NCBI GenBank assembly: GCA_964016885.1
Contig: OZ024742.1
Coordinates: 326,120,001-326,184,000, forward strand
DNA: 64,000 nt
Direction: 5' to 3'
DNA from: Eledone cirrhosa
Taxonomy: Eukaryota
Under the pieces are notes generated by a model. That model made no database searches and was not told the DNA's origin. It was given only the letters and a program-made list of their open reading frames with translations. Position 1 is the first letter of the stretch, and each line of letters begins with the position of its first letter. The position numbers were made by a program, and so were the translations under genes. Positions 14,938 through 27,699 of this stretch are shown here, piece by piece.

Positions 14938-15137
14938 NNNNNNNNNNNNNNNNNNNNNNNNNNNNNNNNNNNNNNNNNNNNNNNNNNNNNNNNNNNNNNN
15001 NNNNNNNNNNNNNNNNNNNNNNNNNNNNNNNNNNNNNNNNNNNNNNNNNNNNNNNNNNNNNNNNNNNNNNNNNNNNNNNNNNNNNNNNNNNNNNNNNNNN
15101 NNNNNNNNNNNNNNNNNNNNNNNNNNNNNNNNNNNNN
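14938..15137. other. Assembly gap (200 N)
   Basis: Run of n. Confidence 1.
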
Positions 15138-15139
15138 AT

Positions 15140-15182
<43 letters not shown>

Positions 15183-15185
<3 letters not shown>

Positions 15186-16289
15186 CGGCTGACTGGGTCT
15201 AAAAATATTGGTTGCCAGGAGATGAAAGGTACCCACCTACATATAGAATGCTATCATTTAATTCTTATAATGAATAAATAATATTTTCGAACAATACATA
15301 AGTGGAAACAAAACAGTGCAATCAAATTTTTGCGGAAAAATATCTTACCTTCTCCAGTAAAAAATAAGTATTTTGCGAAATCCAGAGACTTTCAATAATG
15401 ACCAGAAGTCGAGCCTAAATATTGCTAATAGCTCTAGGAAAGCCATGAACGACACCACATCGTTTTAACTTTGATTTTGAAAGTAAATTTATAATTATCA
15501 ATTTTGTAGCTGTCTCGGCAGCCTAGTTGGAGGAATCGTAGACGGTGGTGATCCTGGTCTGAAGTTCGATCCTGGTCGGTAGTAGGGTTCCCAGTAAACC
15601 TTTTCAGTTTTTTCTATAGGTTGTGAAATAAAAGCTGAAAAAGGTTACATGCACATCTTGACCAGGATTGAACCCAACGCCAGGACCTCCACCGTTTCTA
15701 GTACCTACCGCTAGGCCACACAGACGACTACGAAAATCTTAGGAAACTTTATACTTATAAACCTACTTTCAAAATTTTTAAAACAGTGTGTCGTTCATAT
15801 CTTTCTTATTGTTATTGCTCCAACTTAGGGTCGACTTCTAAATCTTTTGGGTGTTCCATAAACTACATCTTCGTTTTGATTCTCATTTATCTAGACTATA
15901 TTTTAACCTGTAATCCATGTTTCATTTCTGCCGCACCCCCCCCCCCCCCCCTCCGCTCTCTAGCTCTCTCTGTCTCTGATATTTGATTCTACTATGATTT
16001 GAACTTACCTTATTCGTATATATATGTTTTTGCATGTCAATTAGACAATTAGATTGAAACTTATAATGATTGCCATTATATGTATATGGCGGACTAGGCC
16101 TAAAAACATTGGTTGCCAGATGAAGGGGGCCCACGTACATATAAAATGCTATCATTTAATTTTTATAATGAATAAATAACATTTTTAAAAAATACATAGT
16201 GCAATCATATTTTTGTGGAAAAATATTTTACTTTCTCCAATAAAAAATATTATGTATTTTGCGAGATCCAGAGACTTTCAATAATGACC
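15183..16289. mobile_element. Composite repeat: diverged ~210-bp direct repeats (15183-15403, 16085-16289) around an inverted pair of tRNA-like heads (15474-15777)
   Basis: Shared TTGGTTGCCAG...GCTATCATTTAATT...TCCAGAGACTTTCAATAATGACC; internal palindrome carrying A/B boxes. Confidence 0.65.
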
Positions 16290-16316
16290 TTTGGTCTTTC
16301 ACACTAACTCTCTCTC

Positions 16317-16479
<163 letters not shown>

Positions 16480-16589
16480 CTATATCTATCTAGCAATATA
16501 TATATATATATTAAAATAACAGATTAAAGTGTAAGCAAAGAATCGCTGCTTTCACCTTTACCAGGATCTTCTGAAAGTTATTATTACTA

Positions 16590-16654
<65 letters not shown>

Positions 16655-16669
16655 ATATATATATATATA

Positions 16670-16708
16670 CGAGCTGAGGATCCGCTAAGGTGAAACAATT
16701 GTTTTCGG
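16670..16708 (+). ncRNA. Hammerhead-like motif in a 70-bp PLE A terminus embedded in (TA)n
   Basis: cgag CTGAGGA tccgctaaggt GAAA caattg TT ttcg, then homology to 3147-3178. Confidence 0.55.
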
Positions 16709-16736
16709 TATGGTGAACTAACTGTTGTGTAACCAC

Positions 16737-16823
<87 letters not shown>

Positions 16824-17218
16824 CATATATATATATATATAGAAGTGGTTACACAACAATTAGTTCACCATACCGAAACTATCTTCACCACTAATTGATT
16901 TGACGTCTTTAACCGATTGATACGAAATAGTATTTGGTCAGTAAATATGTGCATGAATGAATACACTAAGCTCTAGATTTAGTAGAATGTACAACGACCT
17001 ATTCCAGCTATTTGCACTATCGTATATTTTGGTTTCTATTAATTCCCTGGGGAATTGGTTGACCAAATGGTTTGCTTAATAGTTTTATTTATTTTTTTAA
17101 ACATTTTATTCTTTCTTTTAGATTTCAGGTATTTTTTGAAAGCCAAGCGTTGGCCCCTGAAATTATTACAGTGTCCCTGCAATGTTACTGTGGGCTCTTG
17201 CAATGCTACCGTGGTCCC

Positions 17219-17306
<88 letters not shown>

Positions 17307-17970
17307 GAATGATTTTCTCATGCGCGGAGATGGTATGAAATGTTGTCATTGAGGTCGGTGGGCATTGAACTGAGACTGTAAATCACCGTAACTAAATGCA
17401 ACAAATTTTCTTTTTGATTCGTCAAAGGGACATTATTGAAAAACTGATAGGGACAATTCTTTTAGAAAAGAATTTTATAATGTATATAAAATATATATAC
17501 ATTATAAAAGCATTGTGTGTGTGTGTGTGTGTGTGTGTGTCTGTGTCTGTGTGTGTGTGTGTGTGCGTGCGTGTGTGACTGCGTGTGTGACTGCGTGTGT
17601 GTTGTGTGTGTGTACATTTGAAAGGAATCTAATCTGAAACTTAGTTCTCTAATTTCATAAGGCATTTATTAAAGCTTCTCATCTATCTTTATTTTTTCAA
17701 TGGCAACAACTTCTTGGTGACTATTGAAGACGAAGACTAACATGCATAACCACTTTGCAACAACGTTTGAATGCACACACCAAGCTGTTCTCTCATATAA
17801 AAGAAACACCTGCTACAAAATGCACTTACTATTATGTATAAAAATATAACAATTACTTCTATTTGTACAGAAGTAATTGTTTATTGCATTGAATAAATCT
17901 ATAAATATGCGTTATTGCAACGTTCTTCAGATAATTTCGTTACGATTTCTTAATACCAATTTTCAGTATT

Positions 17971-18117
<147 letters not shown>

Positions 18118-18174
18118 ATATATATATTGTTATACTTTGGGAGGGTCATGTTGCCAATAAATTCAGAAACGAAA

Positions 18175-18442
<268 letters not shown>

Positions 18443-18532
18443 GGAAAAATTTAAACAGGGACAAAACAGAGAGGCAGTACAATAAATGTTTATTAATTTC
18501 ACGCTCAGGAGAGTGGGGGGTAGGTGGGGGAT

Positions 18533-18560
18533 GACGTTTCGGGCATAAGCCCTTCCTCAG
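18533..18560 (-). ncRNA. Hammerhead core in the PLE C 3' terminus (no adjacent helix I)
   Basis: CTGAGGA a GGGC ttat GCCC GAAA C GTC; palindromic ACGT helix III; the flanks do not pair. Confidence 0.5.
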
Positions 18561-20075
18561 GTGAGAAGTGTGTGGGAACAGAGTTCAAAAGGTGTGTAGG
18601 GGAGTGGTGGAGAGACATATAGTGAAAGGAAACGGTGCGAATGAAAAAATAACAAATAAAGATAAAAGATAAAAATAAAGCATGATCAAAATACAAGAAA
18701 TGAGAAAATTTAAAAATAAAGGCATGATCAAAATAAACTGAAATTAAAAGGGGGGTAAACAGGTGGTGGAAGGGTGTGGGGTGAGTAGGGGTGGTGGCGG
18801 GTCGAGTGGGGAGAGGGAGACGGGGTGTCCGAGCGGGGAGGACTGAAGGTGGTGTGAGTGTAGGTGTGCGTGTGTGTGTGTGTATGTGAAAGTAAGGGTT
18901 GGGGGAAGAACGGGGTTGCATGTTCAGGAAGAGGTGTGTGTGGGGGATGTTTTTGTGGGTCGGAGTGTCTGTGTGTGTGTGGATAGGGGGGTGGGGGGAG
19001 AGGAATCAGGAGGCTGAGGGTGTAAATATGTGGTGGGAAGCACGTGTGTGTGGGGTTTAAGCGTGTTGTGGGTGTGGGTGGCGTGTGGAGAAAAAAAATG
19101 TTTGTGGGTGTGTGTGTGGGTGAGTTATATAGGTGATTAGGTAAAAGGATGGTTGAAAAGTTGGTAAGTTCCAAGGATGTTTAGTGGATTGGTTGTAAGT
19201 CAATTTCTGCGTGTGGGTAATCCATGAAGCGGTGGTCGAAAGAGGAGAGAAGTGGGGTGCGCGCGCAACAGGAAGTGGTCAGCAGTGGGAGTGCTGTGGT
19301 CTGTTGGTGCTGGGAGGTGGTCAGAGGGCATAGCAGCAGTCGGTGGAATGGTAAGGGGGCGAGGATGGGTAGGTGTGAAAGTTGGAGTGAGGAGGGTGTG
19401 TGTGTGTGTGTGTGTGTGTGTATTAGTAGGGGTGTTAGTGGGATGAGTGAGTGTGGAGCGAGGGTGTGGGTGGAGCGGGGAGAGAAGGGTGTGTGTGGTT
19501 CTATGGAGGGAGTGTGGTGTACTGGTGTGTGTGTAGTTTGATGAAGAGGTGTTAGTGGGTGTTAGTATACGGGAGGTGGGGAGGGGTTGAATACAGGTGT
19601 GAGTGGGGGTTAGTGGTGGTAGGGTGTGTAGAGTTGGTGGTGTACGAGGGTGTGTGGGTACGTGTGCGTGGGGTTGGGGGGTGTTAGTGATGTTAGTTGC
19701 GTGTGGGGTGGGTGGTGTAAGTGGGTGCGTGTGTTCGTGTGCTTGGGGTTAGGGGGTGTTAGTGAGGTTAGTTGCGGGGTGGTGGGATGGAGGTGTGGGG
19801 GTGAGAGGTGTGGGGGTGAGGGTTAGTGGTGGTAGTAGGGTGTGTGTTTAGTGTGAGCGCGTGTATATATGTGCCGGTGGGTGTGTGCGTGTGATAAGGA
19901 GGGGGAGGAGGAGAAGAGGGGAGGAAAGGGATGTTAGTATGTTAGTTGGGGAAGGGTGGTCAGATGAGGGGTGGAGGGAGGTGTTAATATTGTTAGTGTG
20001 GTGTGGGCGGTGAAAATAGGGGTGTGTTAGTGGTGTTAGTGGGGGATAGGTATGGGGGAGGGGGGCGGTCGAACG

Positions 20076-22466
20076 CTACAGGAATAAGTGTGGGGAGTTC
20101 AGGCCGGGGGGAGTGTGGGTCTGTAAGATGAAGATAGTTCGTTGTTCGACCGTAAGGCGATGGGCGGGTGTTCCGTTGCACTGGAGTAGGCCACAGACTG
20201 TGAGATGGCGTGCGGAGTGTCCAGGGCCACCAAAGTGGCGGGCGATGGGGGAACTGCCCCCGAGACGAATATCCCGGAGGTGCTCCGTGACTCGGTCCTC
20301 CAGGCGACGTCCCGTCTGTCCGACATAAGTCCGTAGACTAGGTTGGAGGAGGTGCAGCGGAAGGCATGTCAGACCGAGAGAGAGTGGCCGTCGGGACCCT
20401 GGAAGGTGGTGGTGTTGGTGATGTGGGGACAGGTGTTGCAGCGGGGCCTAGAACAGGGGAAGGAACCGGGGGGAAACCAGAGCGTGGGTTTGGGGGTTGG
20501 GGGGTAGGGAGCTGTGGACGAGGAGGGTGCGGAGATTGCGTGCGTGTTTGAAGGAGGGGAGTGGTGGGGTTGGGAAGATGTGGGAGGTGGAGGGGTCGGA
20601 CTGGAGGCGTCGGAAGAGGCGGCGGATGGTGCGGTGGGGGGGTAAGGTGGAGGGGTGGTAGGTGATGGGGAAGGGGAGACGGTGGGTGGGTGTGTGGTGG
20701 CGTGGGGTGAGGGTGGTGGAGCGGTGGACAGCACGGGCACGTCGAAGGCGACGGAGATGTCTAAGAAGTGGACGTGGGTGGTGGAGATAGAGGTGGTGAA
20801 GTGGAGGGAGGGGTGGAAGGAGCAGAAGAAGGAGAGAAAGGAGTCGAGCTGTTCTCGGGTGAGGGTCGTGGCTCCGATACAGTCGTCAATGTAACGACCG
20901 TACAGTTCGGGCGTGGGGCCGGTGTACTGGGCAAAGATTTGGGCCTCAACATGGCCAACAAAAAGGTTGGCATAGTTCGGGACCATTCTTGTGCCCATGG
21001 CTACCCCCGTGACCTGTTGGTAAAACTCACCCGAGAAGGAGAAACAATTTAGGGTGAGGACTAGCTCGGCGAGCCGAAGGAGAGTGGGGGTGGAGGGAAT
21101 GGGGGAGGGGCGAAGGTCGAGGTAGTGCTTGAGGGCGCGAAGGCCGTCGGCGTGGGGGATGACTGTATAGAGAGACTTGATGTCTAGGATGAAGAGGAAG
21201 GGCTGTGGGCCGGGTAGGTAGGTGAAGGAGTCGAAAAGGCGCAGGGCGTTGTTGGTGTCGGAGATGTGGGAGGGGAGGGTGGTGACAAGGGGGGCGAGGA
21301 GGGTGTCGAGAAAGGCGGAGATGAGTTCGGTGGGGCAGTTGCAAGCGGAGACGATGGGGCGGCCGGGGTTGTCGGGTTTGTGGAGTTTGGGGAGGAAGTA
21401 GATGGTGGGGGTGCGGGGGGGGGACAATGAGGTGGGAAGCGGTGTGGGGAGGAGGGAGGAGGCGATAAGGTCTTTGATGGTGGAGGAGACTTGTTGTTGG
21501 TAGAGGGGGGTGGGATCGGAGGGTAGAGAGCGGTAAAAGAGGGGGTTACAGAACTGCCTGAGGGCTTCGGCCGTGTAGAGGTCCGCGCGCCACACCACTA
21601 CGGCGCCTCCCTTGTCCGCCGGTTTGATGACGATGTCATCTCGGCTACGAAGGGAGCGGAGAGCGAGGAGTTCGCCCCGTGAGATATTGTGCCGTTTGGA
21701 ACGGTGGCGGAAGTCGATAGGATTTACTGCGCTACGGCTGGCATCGACGAAGGCGTCCAGGGTTTTAAATTGCCCTGGGGCCGGTGTCCAAGAAGATGGT
21801 CGTCGGCCCAGGGCAATGAAATGGGTCTGGGGCGTCCGGAGCCGGTGGCGTTCGGCCGAAATGTGCCTGTAGCTTAGTGAGTCGCACGAATCGCTCGACT
21901 TCCGTTCGGGTGCGGAACTCGTCGCTGTGCGGAGTGTGGGGTATGAAGCGAAGGCCTCTACTAAGGAGTGAGCGCTCAGGTGCGGTGAGGGGGAGGTCAG
22001 GGGGTATGGTGACAACAAGGGGTGGGGTTTGGGTGTTTGGGGGGGAGGTAGGGTGTGGTGAGCGTCAGGGTGGTGGAGATTGGGTAGGGGTGTGGGTCGA
22101 GGGAGAGGTGGAGAGTGGTGGGCGTATGGGGATGGGCGGGTGGTGGTGGATGGGGGGGGGAGTGAGTGTAGCTCGCGGGCTTTGGTGGAGCTGAGGAACG
22201 AGAAGAGGTTGTGGTTGAGGTTGTGGATGAAGGAGAGGATGGCTTGGGCGAGGAGGGGGTGGCAGGTGGAGTAAAGGCGGAGGAGGGTGGGGGTCAGTTG
22301 GTGGTCAAGTAGGCGGAGGGTGGAACGGGAGGCGCGGATGTAGTTGCGCATCAGGAGGCGTGAGGATCGGGTGAGGATACGTTGCCTAGAGGGGGAAGCG
22401 GCGGGGGAGGGTTGGAAGTGTAGACGGAAGCCGAGGGGGATAAGGTGGAAGTTGAGCCAGTGGCTG
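20076..22466 (-). pseudogene. PLE RT-GIY-YIG polyprotein, disrupted
   Basis: IKPADKGGAVVV, YFLPKLHKPDNPGRPIVS, LDIKSLYTVIP, GVAMGT, RYIDD, FLDI, CSRPRCNTC. After the TGA at 20369-20371: FRCTSSNLVY, then frameshifted YVGQTGRRLEDRVTEH...RHF...EQRTI...PPGLN, stop at 20076. Confidence 0.92.
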
Positions 22467-22839
22467 AGATATATATATATAGAGATATATATATTATTAA
22501 GTGTAATGAATTCTTTTACAATGGAATTAGCTCGAAGAAGGAAATATTTCTGAGCCGTGTATAAACCAATATATATGATGAAATACAGATACCAACACAT
22601 CTGTATTTATATTGCAAAAGAAAATTTAGCCAGAATGAAGTATACTAATTATTATACTACAGTTTGTCCATATCGATTTAAAATAATAAATCAACAACGA
22701 CGAACTGCATTGCCAAATGGCTATGATGTTTAGACACATTTACATTTCAAAATATTCTTTTGCAATATAAATACAGATGTGTTGGTATATGTATTTCATC
22801 ATATATATTGGTAGATATATATATATATATATATATATG

Positions 22840-23628
22840 GGTTTTTCGAATATTAATAATAACATTCGATTCGTTTGCAATTTTGCAAACAAGCCTCAAT
22901 TTTATCGCCATCTCAGTAGAATGAACACTTCATTCTTGCTCACTGTTCACTTGCCAAACTTTCAGAGCTAGTGAAAATATATGCTATTTTCAAAAATACA
23001 GAGACTGATCGGCCATGTTTGCATATTAGCAGACTGGCTGATCAGTCAGATCTGCCTATTAGCAGAACCATTGATCAGCCAGATTTGCATATCAGCAGTC
23101 TGGCTAGTCACTTTCCTGTATACGAGCGATAAATGGCCGGCTTTGCCAAATTCAAATAAAATAGAAAATGTCGGTCTACATGGCTGAATACAATAAATGT
23201 AAATGTAATCTGAGTTTTTCGAATATTAATAATAACATTCGATTCGTTTCCAATTTTGCGAACATGCCTCAATTTTATAGCCATGTCAGGAGAATGGACA
23301 CTTCATTCTTGCTCTTATGTTGGTATGCGAACAGAACTGCAGACACTAATGTTTCTGGGTATCACCCTTCATCAGTACAGCTCACTATTTGCCTGCCAAA
23401 CAGTCAGAGCTAGTGAAAATATATGCTATTTTCAAAACTGCACACTGACTGATCGGCCTGATTTGCATATTAACAGACTGGCTGATCAGTCATATCTGCA
23501 TATTAGCAGATCCACTGATCATGGCTATAAAATTTTGGCTTGTTTGCAAAATTACAAACGAATCGAATATTATTATTAATATTCGAAAAACTCAGTTTAC
23601 ATTTGTTGTATTCAGCCATGTAGAGCGA
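22840..23628. mobile_element. MITE (TIRs ~23173-23265 / 23538-23628) with an upstream partial tandem copy (22840-23100); relative at 10890-11090
   Basis: TCTACATGGCTGAATACAA...GAGTTTTTCGAATATTAATAATAA inverted at both ends; internal ~30-bp subrepeats. Confidence 0.8.
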
Positions 23629-23711
23629 AATTTTCTTTCAATATATGCATATGTTTTTATATGTCTCTTGTGTTGAAAAGGAGGTCAAGTATGTTATAGA
23701 TCACTAAATAG

Positions 23712-23760
23712 TTGCTCCGAAGAATCCAAACCTCGGTTTGGAGGAAACAATTGTAAGCAA
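23712..23760 (+). ncRNA. Variant minimal hammerhead (CCGAAGA core)
   Basis: ttgct CCGAAGA a tccaaac ctcg gtttgga g GAAA caattg TA agcaa. Perfect helices I and II, GUA site, followed by AATAAA. Confidence 0.65.
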
Positions 23761-23848
23761 ATAAATGATTTAAACTGAACTTTGATTATTGTAATCTCTC
23801 TCTCTCTCTATATATATATAAAAGAACATTTCGCTCTACATATATATA

Positions 23849-23919
<71 letters not shown>

Positions 23920-23947
23920 GGGGGGGGGTGTGGGTGTGTGTGTACGC

Positions 23948-23981
<34 letters not shown>

Positions 23982-24895
23982 ATTCAGAGAGGGAGAGAGT
24001 GTAAAATCAAAGTGCTGGAAGACTAAGGATTTTAATACAAATCCTGATATATAGTGAAAAGGATAACATTTTGAAGAAGTCTCCTAATTTGTTATATTTT
24101 ATATTTATGTTACGTTTATAGTACCAAGGGAATATTGTTTTTCACGTCAAAAAGAATATTTTTTTTTTACTTCTGTAGAAAATACCTATAAAGACGGAAC
24201 AACAAACATACATCAAATCTACAAAGAAAATAGACCCCAAAATCGGAATTACAGAAATATTCTCAGACTGAGTCAAAGTATATAAGGAAAAAATACAATG
24301 AACAGAATAACAACACAAAAATTACTGACAATATAAAGGAACCTCATTCCCCAAACCGATATTTTTTTAGGGAGAAACCAGAAGTATAAGGACACAACAT
24401 GGAAAATTACTCTCAAAAAGTGAAAGTGGGAGTTGTACCTAGGTTTCAATTGACCGAATCTCAAACAGAGACATGCACTGGAAGAGATGATTATATGACA
24501 TTGTTAGAAGATGATTTAGAATGTTCTACTCGTAGGCATATATGAGGGGTTTCTCAGCCTGAAAACCAACGATCGATATCTAATGTTATAATAAATGCAA
24601 GTATTATTCTGAGGATGTTATCTTCAAGTACAAGGCAGTGTATCAAATATGGTGACCTAATGACGTTTGATAAATGTTGATATATCTTGGGCATAATGTA
24701 ACGGATGTGCTAAAAGAGATAGGTATAATGTAACTGATGTACTAAAAGAGATAGGCATAATATGACTGATGAACTAAAAGAGATAGGCATAAGAGAAACA
24801 AGGTATTGCATTCAGTTCCACGTGGTAATGATTTTCCTAAAAGCTTATCCGGACATATCTGATGTAAAATTGATTTTGATATACATACAATGCCT

Positions 24896-24943
<48 letters not shown>

Positions 24944-24950
24944 ATATCTA

Positions 24951-25003
<53 letters not shown>

Positions 25004-25997
25004 CGTCTAGGGCCACAAATAAATAACCAATCCGAGAGAAGCGAAATGAGGTGGTTGGTTTAAACAAACAAGGCAACAACACACGCACACACACACACAC
25101 AAGCGAGACAACAACACATGCACACACACACACAGCAGCATTCCACCATACGAATATACTACAGTGCTAATAGAGACAAACGAGGCAACAACCCACGCAC
25201 ACACACACACAAGCGAGACAACAACACACGCACACACACACAGGGTAGCATTCACCAAACAGGCAGGGAATACTACCACCACCACACGAATAAACTATTC
25301 AACACTGCTAATACATAAACAAGCATAGGCAGATAATACAATGGATTGACAGCTAACCCCACCCAACTCCCACAATTAAAAGAACTATTTCGGCAGCCGA
25401 CCGCTGCTTGACCGAACCCATTTCGTGCGCGCGCTCTGCTGGATACCTCAGATATTCAAAACAACGAACAGCGGAAGACGCGTATCACTCCTATCCGACA
25501 GATAACCTCCCCCCCCCCCCCAATCCCCCAGTTGATGGATGTGAATCCGAAGTATAGGGAAATTAAATCTCACCCAAGGTAACTCTATCTCGTGTTATTA
25601 TTTTTATTTTTTACGCTCTTTCCTACGTTCTTCTACACACTATACAACTCATTCTACATTCACTTACATCTCTCTCTTCACCACCGGATCTTGTTACCCG
25701 GAGAATTACCCATCTGCATTGTTGAGGCTTCCAAAACGACGTAAAAAAAATATATCTTATTATTCCACAATGCTTCAAGCAAACTTCAATACTCTCATAT
25801 ATATATATATATGCGTGTGTGTGTGTGTGACTACTGGCGGTGTTTACTACTAGTTCTCACAACCGGAGCGGATTAGAACGAAAACTTGTTGACGAAGTAA
25901 ATTCCACTGTTCTATCTTCCAAAACAAATAACTTGCAGGCCCCGCAAGTGGATTTTGTTGATTTCGGATTTACTGAAACCTAGAGGAGATATTATAT

Positions 25998-26184
25998 AAT
26001 TGTTTATACTTTAGGCACAAGGCCAGCAATTACCCAGTGCATTACTGGTTCTTTATTTTATCGACCCCGTAAGGATGAAAGGCAAAGTCAACCTCGGCGG
26101 TATTTGGACTCAGATCGTAAAGGGACGTAACTATGCTGAAAAGCATGGCGTCCGACCATCTACCGATACTGCCAATCCACCGCC
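25998..26184 (-). mobile_element. tRNA-derived SINE (family of 8848)
   Basis: Reverse complement of the 8848/9050 copies. Confidence 0.8.
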
Positions 26185-26192
26185 CTTGATCA

Positions 26193-26255
26193 ATTACATT
26201 TTATTATACATATTTCGGATGTACAACAGTACGTCCTCATCAGACAAAATATAAT
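26193..26255 (-). ncRNA. Type I hammerhead, PLE B 3' pLTR
   Basis: attatattttgt CTGATGA ggacgtac tgtt gtacatcc GAAA tatgta TA ataaaatgtaat. 12-bp helix I, 7/8-bp helix II, AUA site. Confidence 0.85.
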
Positions 26256-27699
26256 GATACATGACATACCCTGAGATGTTAAAAGGTTAAGATTTTATCA
26301 AGGTAGTGATTAACCTAAGAGAAAATTTAACATTTATACCCTAATAATGAGAAAATGCGAAAACGTAATAAATTCAATAGAGAATGTGTGAGTAAGAAAA
26401 ACGTTGCTTAATCTACCAGTTATCGAGATTTTAATATGTATGATAATACAATTTATCTAGGCAAGCATTTCATGAATTATAACACTTAGTGAGAGAGAGG
26501 GGGAAAGATAAGGGGGCCAATGTATGCAGAAGGAGATTTTTTTCCGAAAGTTAAACGGTTAAGTTTGAAAATATTTAATTTATATAATCTTAGGGTGAAG
26601 AATCAATATTTTAGGTTGTTTTTTTTTTAATTGGTTGTTATTTATATATTAGTTTTGTAAATGTTATACGTTTGTTAACATTTCTAAGCTTCTGAATTTT
26701 TTGATGATAAGATTTAAAGGGTTTATTTGGCCATTATTAAGGAAAGTTTACACTGTTGAATATTTTCCTAAATGTAATCTTTAATGAAGTAGTCATTGTC
26801 AATGTATTAGGTATGTAAAGCTTTTGAAGTACTTATTGTTAGAAACATTTAAATAACGGTTATGTATATAGATATATATTAATTAATAAGCCAGTATGTT
26901 TTACGTATATGATAATGAAAATAAAATAAAAATAAAATAATAGATTGAGGCATGTTAAAACTTAATATATACCCATATATAACCGTGTGTACATGTATTA
27001 ATTATTCCTAGCTCAAAGTAAAAACAATAAAAAAATTTAGAAGTTAACTGAAAATTATGTATAGAAAGATACTGGGAGTTATATATGGATATATTTTATA
27101 TTAGGTATTAGTGATACAGTATACTTTAGGTAACGGTTAAAATTTGATATAATAAAATTCTACGCGTTAAAGTTAAATACATATATATATATAAGAAAAA
27201 CAATAATAAATGCATGGATAATTCATAGTTCAAAATAATATTTATAATAATTTATAATTTGGATATTTGCTCTATATTTGAATCATGGATATAAGAATGC
27301 GGTAGGTATATTTAAAAACATAGAAAATAAAATTTCATACATATTATAAATAAAAGATTAGAAACGCATGAAAAATTCACAGTTATAAATAAGTTCAGTA
27401 AAGATGTAAGGGTTGGATATAAAACTCAGATTTAAAACTTAAGTAGGAAGATAAGGATAGAGAAATAAAGAAATAATGGTATGAATCAAAGTTATCAGAA
27501 TAATGTTATGTGTATCACTGTTCCGGCATGTTATTGAACAAGTGTCTTTCATTCGAGCGTTATTTCTTCTATAGATAGTTATGAGATAGTGTAATATTAA
27601 AGGCCACTAAAGTTTTTTCCTGATGATTTTATACGTCTGACAACCAAGTTTTTAATGGTTTAATGTTTCTCTCTCTTTTTTTCTCGTTTTGTGGTGGCT

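Noticed and set aside
20369-20371. In-frame TGA between the PLE linker and GIY-YIG as possible selenocysteine or readthrough
   Set aside because: Not at a Cys position and most simply a CGA>TGA decay; the copy also has a deletion and frameshift just downstream.
22467-22600. N-terminus of the 743-aa ORF
   Set aside because: Read-in from the TA tract and flanking repeat; PLE sequence begins at about 22466.
24690-24792. Three ~32-bp direct repeats, superficially CRISPR-like
   Set aside because: Head-to-tail minisatellite without unique spacers, in eukaryotic DNA.
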